From the NCBI GenBank assembly GCA_963977445.1, contig CAXBPH010000053.1, forward strand, positions 1 through 32,074: a DNA stretch of 32,074 nucleotides. The letters run 5' to 3'. This stretch comes from an uncultured bacterium (GTDB taxonomy: Bacteria; Hydrogenedentota; Hydrogenedentia; Hydrogenedentales; JAEUWI01). Numbering within the stretch: the first letter of the stretch is position 1; every line of letters starts with the position of its first letter. Below, in pieces: positions 29,443 through 32,074 of this stretch. The notes under the pieces are model-generated. The model saw only the letters and a program-made list of their open reading frames with translations. It did not search any database and was not told the origin of the DNA. Made by a program: the position numbers and the translations under genes.

Positions 29443-29587
29443 ATAAGCGAAGATTCATCTCGGACATTTTCCAAGTCATTTGGTTTCCAGCTTCCAAGCT
29501 TAAAGCTTGGGAGCGCAGGCGGCTCGCCTGCATTACGTCGAAGACGTAAAAGCAACGTGCCTTCGGCCCGGGGCAGGCGGGCCGCCC
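29440..29587. repeat. Dispersed REPIN/MITE-like element, copy 2
   Basis: Core 29504-29570 differs from 20051-20117 at 4 of 67 positions. The copy begins on the mfd TAA stop. Confidence 0.8.
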
Positions 29588-29640
29588 ACCTTAGGCGCGT
29601 CCAAGACCGGGGGGCAGGGCGTAGTACCGGTGCAACCGAC

Positions 29641-29669
29641 TTGCAGCCCCTGCGCTGCGCCGCTACAAT
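29641..29669 (+). promoter_or_regulatory. Putative sigma70 promoter for the ABC operon (probably leaderless)
   Basis: TTGCAG-17 bp-TACAAT, then 6 nt, then ATG 29676. Confidence 0.55.
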
Positions 29670-29675
29670 CATCCA

Positions 29676-31034
29676 ATGAATCGCCTTTCCTTATATGGGG
29701 CACTACTCGCGTGCCTCAACATTATCGGCTGTGACGCAATCCAGCGGGATAACCCCAACCCGGAGATCACCACGCCGGTGGAAATGGCTGTCTTCGAGGG
29801 CGGCTATGGAATTCACTGGCACAAGAAGATCGCCGAGCAATACAACGCTGCCCATCAGGGGGAAGGCGTCGCCGTTGATCTCTGGGGCGACCCGCGGGTC
29901 ATCGAAAAAGTGAAACCCCGCCTGCTTCGGGGCGATCCGCCTGATCTCATGCTCATGAACTTCCTGCCCATCTGGCGTTTGGTGGCTGCGGGTAAACTGG
30001 CTCCCCTGAATGACGCGCTGGATCGGCCCCTGCCCGGTCGCGATCGGCCCTGGCGGGAAGAGTTCATTCCGGGCACCCTGGACACCTACACAAGCGAGGG
30101 GCAGGTATATGCCATCCCCTCGGCCTTTGGGGCCTATGCCTGCTGGTATGATGCCCGCCTCTTCCGAGAACATGGCTGGGAGCCCCCCACGACCTGGGCG
30201 GAGTTTGAGGCCCTGTGTGAATCCATCAAGGCCGCAGGGATTGCGCCGTTGGCCTTTCAGGGGAAGTACCCCATCTATGCGTGGTGGACCTTCCAGACGA
30301 TTGTGCAGCGGTGTGGCGGGTTGGCGGCTATCAACCGCATTAACGCGATGGAGCCCGGTGCCTTCAGTCACCCCGATGTGGTTCGCGCGGCGGGTCTGAT
30401 GCAGAAATTGGGCGTCGAATATTTTCAGAAGGGTGCCCTGGCCATGACCCACACGGAGAGCCAGCTCCAGTTCATTAACAATCAGGCGGCCATGGTGTTT
30501 TGCGGCCTCTGGCTTTCGAACGAAATGAAGGCGAGTACGCCACCCACTTTTGAGATGCGTTGCTTCAACGTGCCTCCCGTGGAAGGGGGAAAAGGTAACC
30601 CGGCTCTTTTCAACGGCGCAGGTTGGGAATTTATCTACATGAGCAAGAACGCCCGTCACCCCGAGGCGACAGTCGATTTTCTTCGTTACATGATTTCACC
30701 CGAGCAGGCCCCCGACATGGGCCGGAGTATCGGGGTCATTACGGCGATGAAAGGGGCGACACCACGGGATGCGGTCACCCCCCCCTTGCAGTCGGCCCTC
30801 GACATGATAGAAAACGCGGAAGGCATATTCCGCATCCGATTGGAAGACCTCCTGCTCACGTGGCGGGTTCAGGTGATGGAGCCAAGCACGAGTCAGTTGC
30901 TTGCCGGGACTATCACGCCGGAGGAATATTGCCGTCGTCTCGATGAAGGCGTGGCCATCGCGGCGGCCGATCCCGATGCCATCATTCCGCCCCCAGTGGC
31001 CTATGACCCGGCTGCTTTCGGAGAGACGCCATGA
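29676..31034 (+). CDS. Carbohydrate ABC transporter substrate-binding lipoprotein (family 1, NgcE-like)
   Basis: Lipobox-like NIIG-C, AVFEGGYG, GDPPDL, WYDARLFREHGWEPPTTWAEF, GIAPLAFQG. Confidence 0.88.
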   Translation: MNRLSLYGALLACLNIIGCDAIQRDNPNPEITTPVEMAVFEGGYGIHWHKKIAEQYNAAHQGEGVAVDLWGDPRVIEKVKPRLLRGDPPDLMLMNFLPIWRLVAAGKLAPLNDALDRPLPGRDRPWREEFIPGTLDTYTSEGQVYAIPSAFGAYACWYDARLFREHGWEPPTTWAEFEALCESIKAAGIAPLAFQGKYPIYAWWTFQTIVQRCGGLAAINRINAMEPGAFSHPDVVRAAGLMQKLGVEYFQKGALAMTHTESQLQFINNQAAMVFCGLWLSNEMKASTPPTFEMRCFNVPPVEGGKGNPALFNGAGWEFIYMSKNARHPEATVDFLRYMISPEQAPDMGRSIGVITAMKGATPRDAVTPPLQSALDMIENAEGIFRIRLEDLLLTWRVQVMEPSTSQLLAGTITPEEYCRRLDEGVAIAAADPDAIIPPPVAYDPAAFGETP

Positions 31035-31951
31035 GTTTACGTGGCAAAGAGGAGCGCCGTTTTATTCTGGTCTTTCTCGCGCCTGCCTTTTTGCTGTTTA
31101 CGGTGTTGGTGTTTCTTCCGGCTGTGCGCGCCTTGCTCTATAGCCTGCAGAAGTGGGATGGTCTCAGCGCTCCCGAGTGGATCGGCTTCGGAAACTTCGT
31201 GCGCCTGCTGCGGGACGACAATATTTTTATGGTCGCTCTGGGGCACAATGTATTGCTCTTCAGTATTGCGGGGGGACTCACCATTGCCATGGCGTTGTTT
31301 TTTGCTTCCCTGTTGAGTCAGAAGATTGCCGGGGCCTCCCTCTTTCGCATTGTGTTTTTCTTTCCTAACGTCATCGCCATGGTGGCCGTGGCCCTGCTCT
31401 GGATTCTGCTCTATAGCACCACGGATTTCGGGGTCATCAACGCCCTGTTGGGCCGGGTGGAAGTGACGGCGGCGGCCGTGGGACTGCCGTGGCCCGATCT
31501 TGATTTACCTTTCCCCTTCCTTCAATCCAAGTATCTCATGGTATCGATTATTCCCATGATCGTGTGGAGCCTCACGGGCTTTTACATGGTGCTTTTTCTC
31601 GCGGCTATGGGGGGCATTCCCCAAAGCTATTATGAAGCCGCCCGCCTCGAAGGGGCCAGTCACTGGCAGCAGTTTCGCCATATTACCTTGCCCCTCATGA
31701 GGGAAATTCTCGTTGTGGCCGTGGTGTTTTTGATTATCAGCCTCATGAAATATTTTGACCCCATCTGGGTCATGGAAAACGAAGTGCCCAACCGGGAATC
31801 TCATGTGTTGGCGACCCTGCTCTATCAGAAAGTCTTTACGGAATATGACATGGGCTATGCGTCGGCGGTGGCTGTGTTGTTGTTTTTGATTGTCCTCGCG
31901 GCGTCGACCTTCAGCATGATGTGGTCACGCAAAGAACGGATCGAATATTGA
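31031..31951 (+). CDS. Carbohydrate ABC transporter permease (MalF/UgpA-type)
   Basis: FLAPAFLLF, WIGFGNF, FRIVFFFP, EAA loop (IPQSYYEAARLEGAS), GYASAVAV. Confidence 0.92.
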   Translation: MSLRGKEERRFILVFLAPAFLLFTVLVFLPAVRALLYSLQKWDGLSAPEWIGFGNFVRLLRDDNIFMVALGHNVLLFSIAGGLTIAMALFFASLLSQKIAGASLFRIVFFFPNVIAMVAVALLWILLYSTTDFGVINALLGRVEVTAAAVGLPWPDLDLPFPFLQSKYLMVSIIPMIVWSLTGFYMVLFLAAMGGIPQSYYEAARLEGASHWQQFRHITLPLMREILVVAVVFLIISLMKYFDPIWVMENEVPNRESHVLATLLYQKVFTEYDMGYASAVAVLLFLIVLAASTFSMMWSRKERIEY

Positions 31952-32074
31952 TGGCCGCGAAAGAACGCATAGTGCACAAAGAAACCCTCGGGTGCCACCT
32001 ACACGGACACGAGGTACGCGTGGCCTTGTGGGTGCAAGACATGCCGAGGACGTTGACTTCAGGCTGGAGAAACA
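31951..32074 (+). CDS. Probable second ABC permease, N-terminal fragment
   Basis: TGATG overlap with the preceding permease and an open frame to the window end (MAAKERIVHKETLG...). Identity inferred from operon position only. Confidence 0.35.
   Translation, partial: MAAKERIVHKETLGCHLHGHEVRVALWVQDMPRTLTSGWRN

Noticed and set aside
31990..32074. The second permease lacks an obvious first TM helix, suggesting an insertion or assembly junction
   Set aside because: Only 41 codons are visible and the frame stays open, so this cannot be decided from this window.

Overview
A GC-rich bacterial core-genome window. The lineage is uncertain: the DUF1549/DUF1553 cytochrome protein and the REP types suggest a PVC-like or Hydrogenedentota-like organism (inference only). 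In order it contains: a truncated planctomycete-type cytochrome c/DUF1549/DUF1553 gene; a REC-pseudo-histidine-kinase plus NtrC-type sigma54 activator pair; the ftsH-folP-glmM-pdxJ cluster; an MFS transporter; a DegT/StrS-family aminotransferase; an acyltransferase; an MBL hydrolase; glgP; DUF4184; an orphan divergent ftsA downstream of an unknown acidic coiled-coil gene; a stand-alone rpsD; purA; mfd; and the start of a sugar ABC transporter operon. I saw no CRISPR array, rRNA, tRNA or intact transposase. The most notable signals are: (1) an FtsA paralogue with degenerate ATP-binding motifs, outside any dcw cluster and apparently co-transcribed with an unknown scaffold-like protein; (2) a two-component pair in which the kinase lacks its His and ATP boxes and the partner receiver has Asp->Glu; (3) a pseudoknot-capable 5' leader before rpsD; (4) a 131-bp dispersed REPIN/MITE-like element plus other REP-like hairpins. 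All calls are by eye; no database searches were run.
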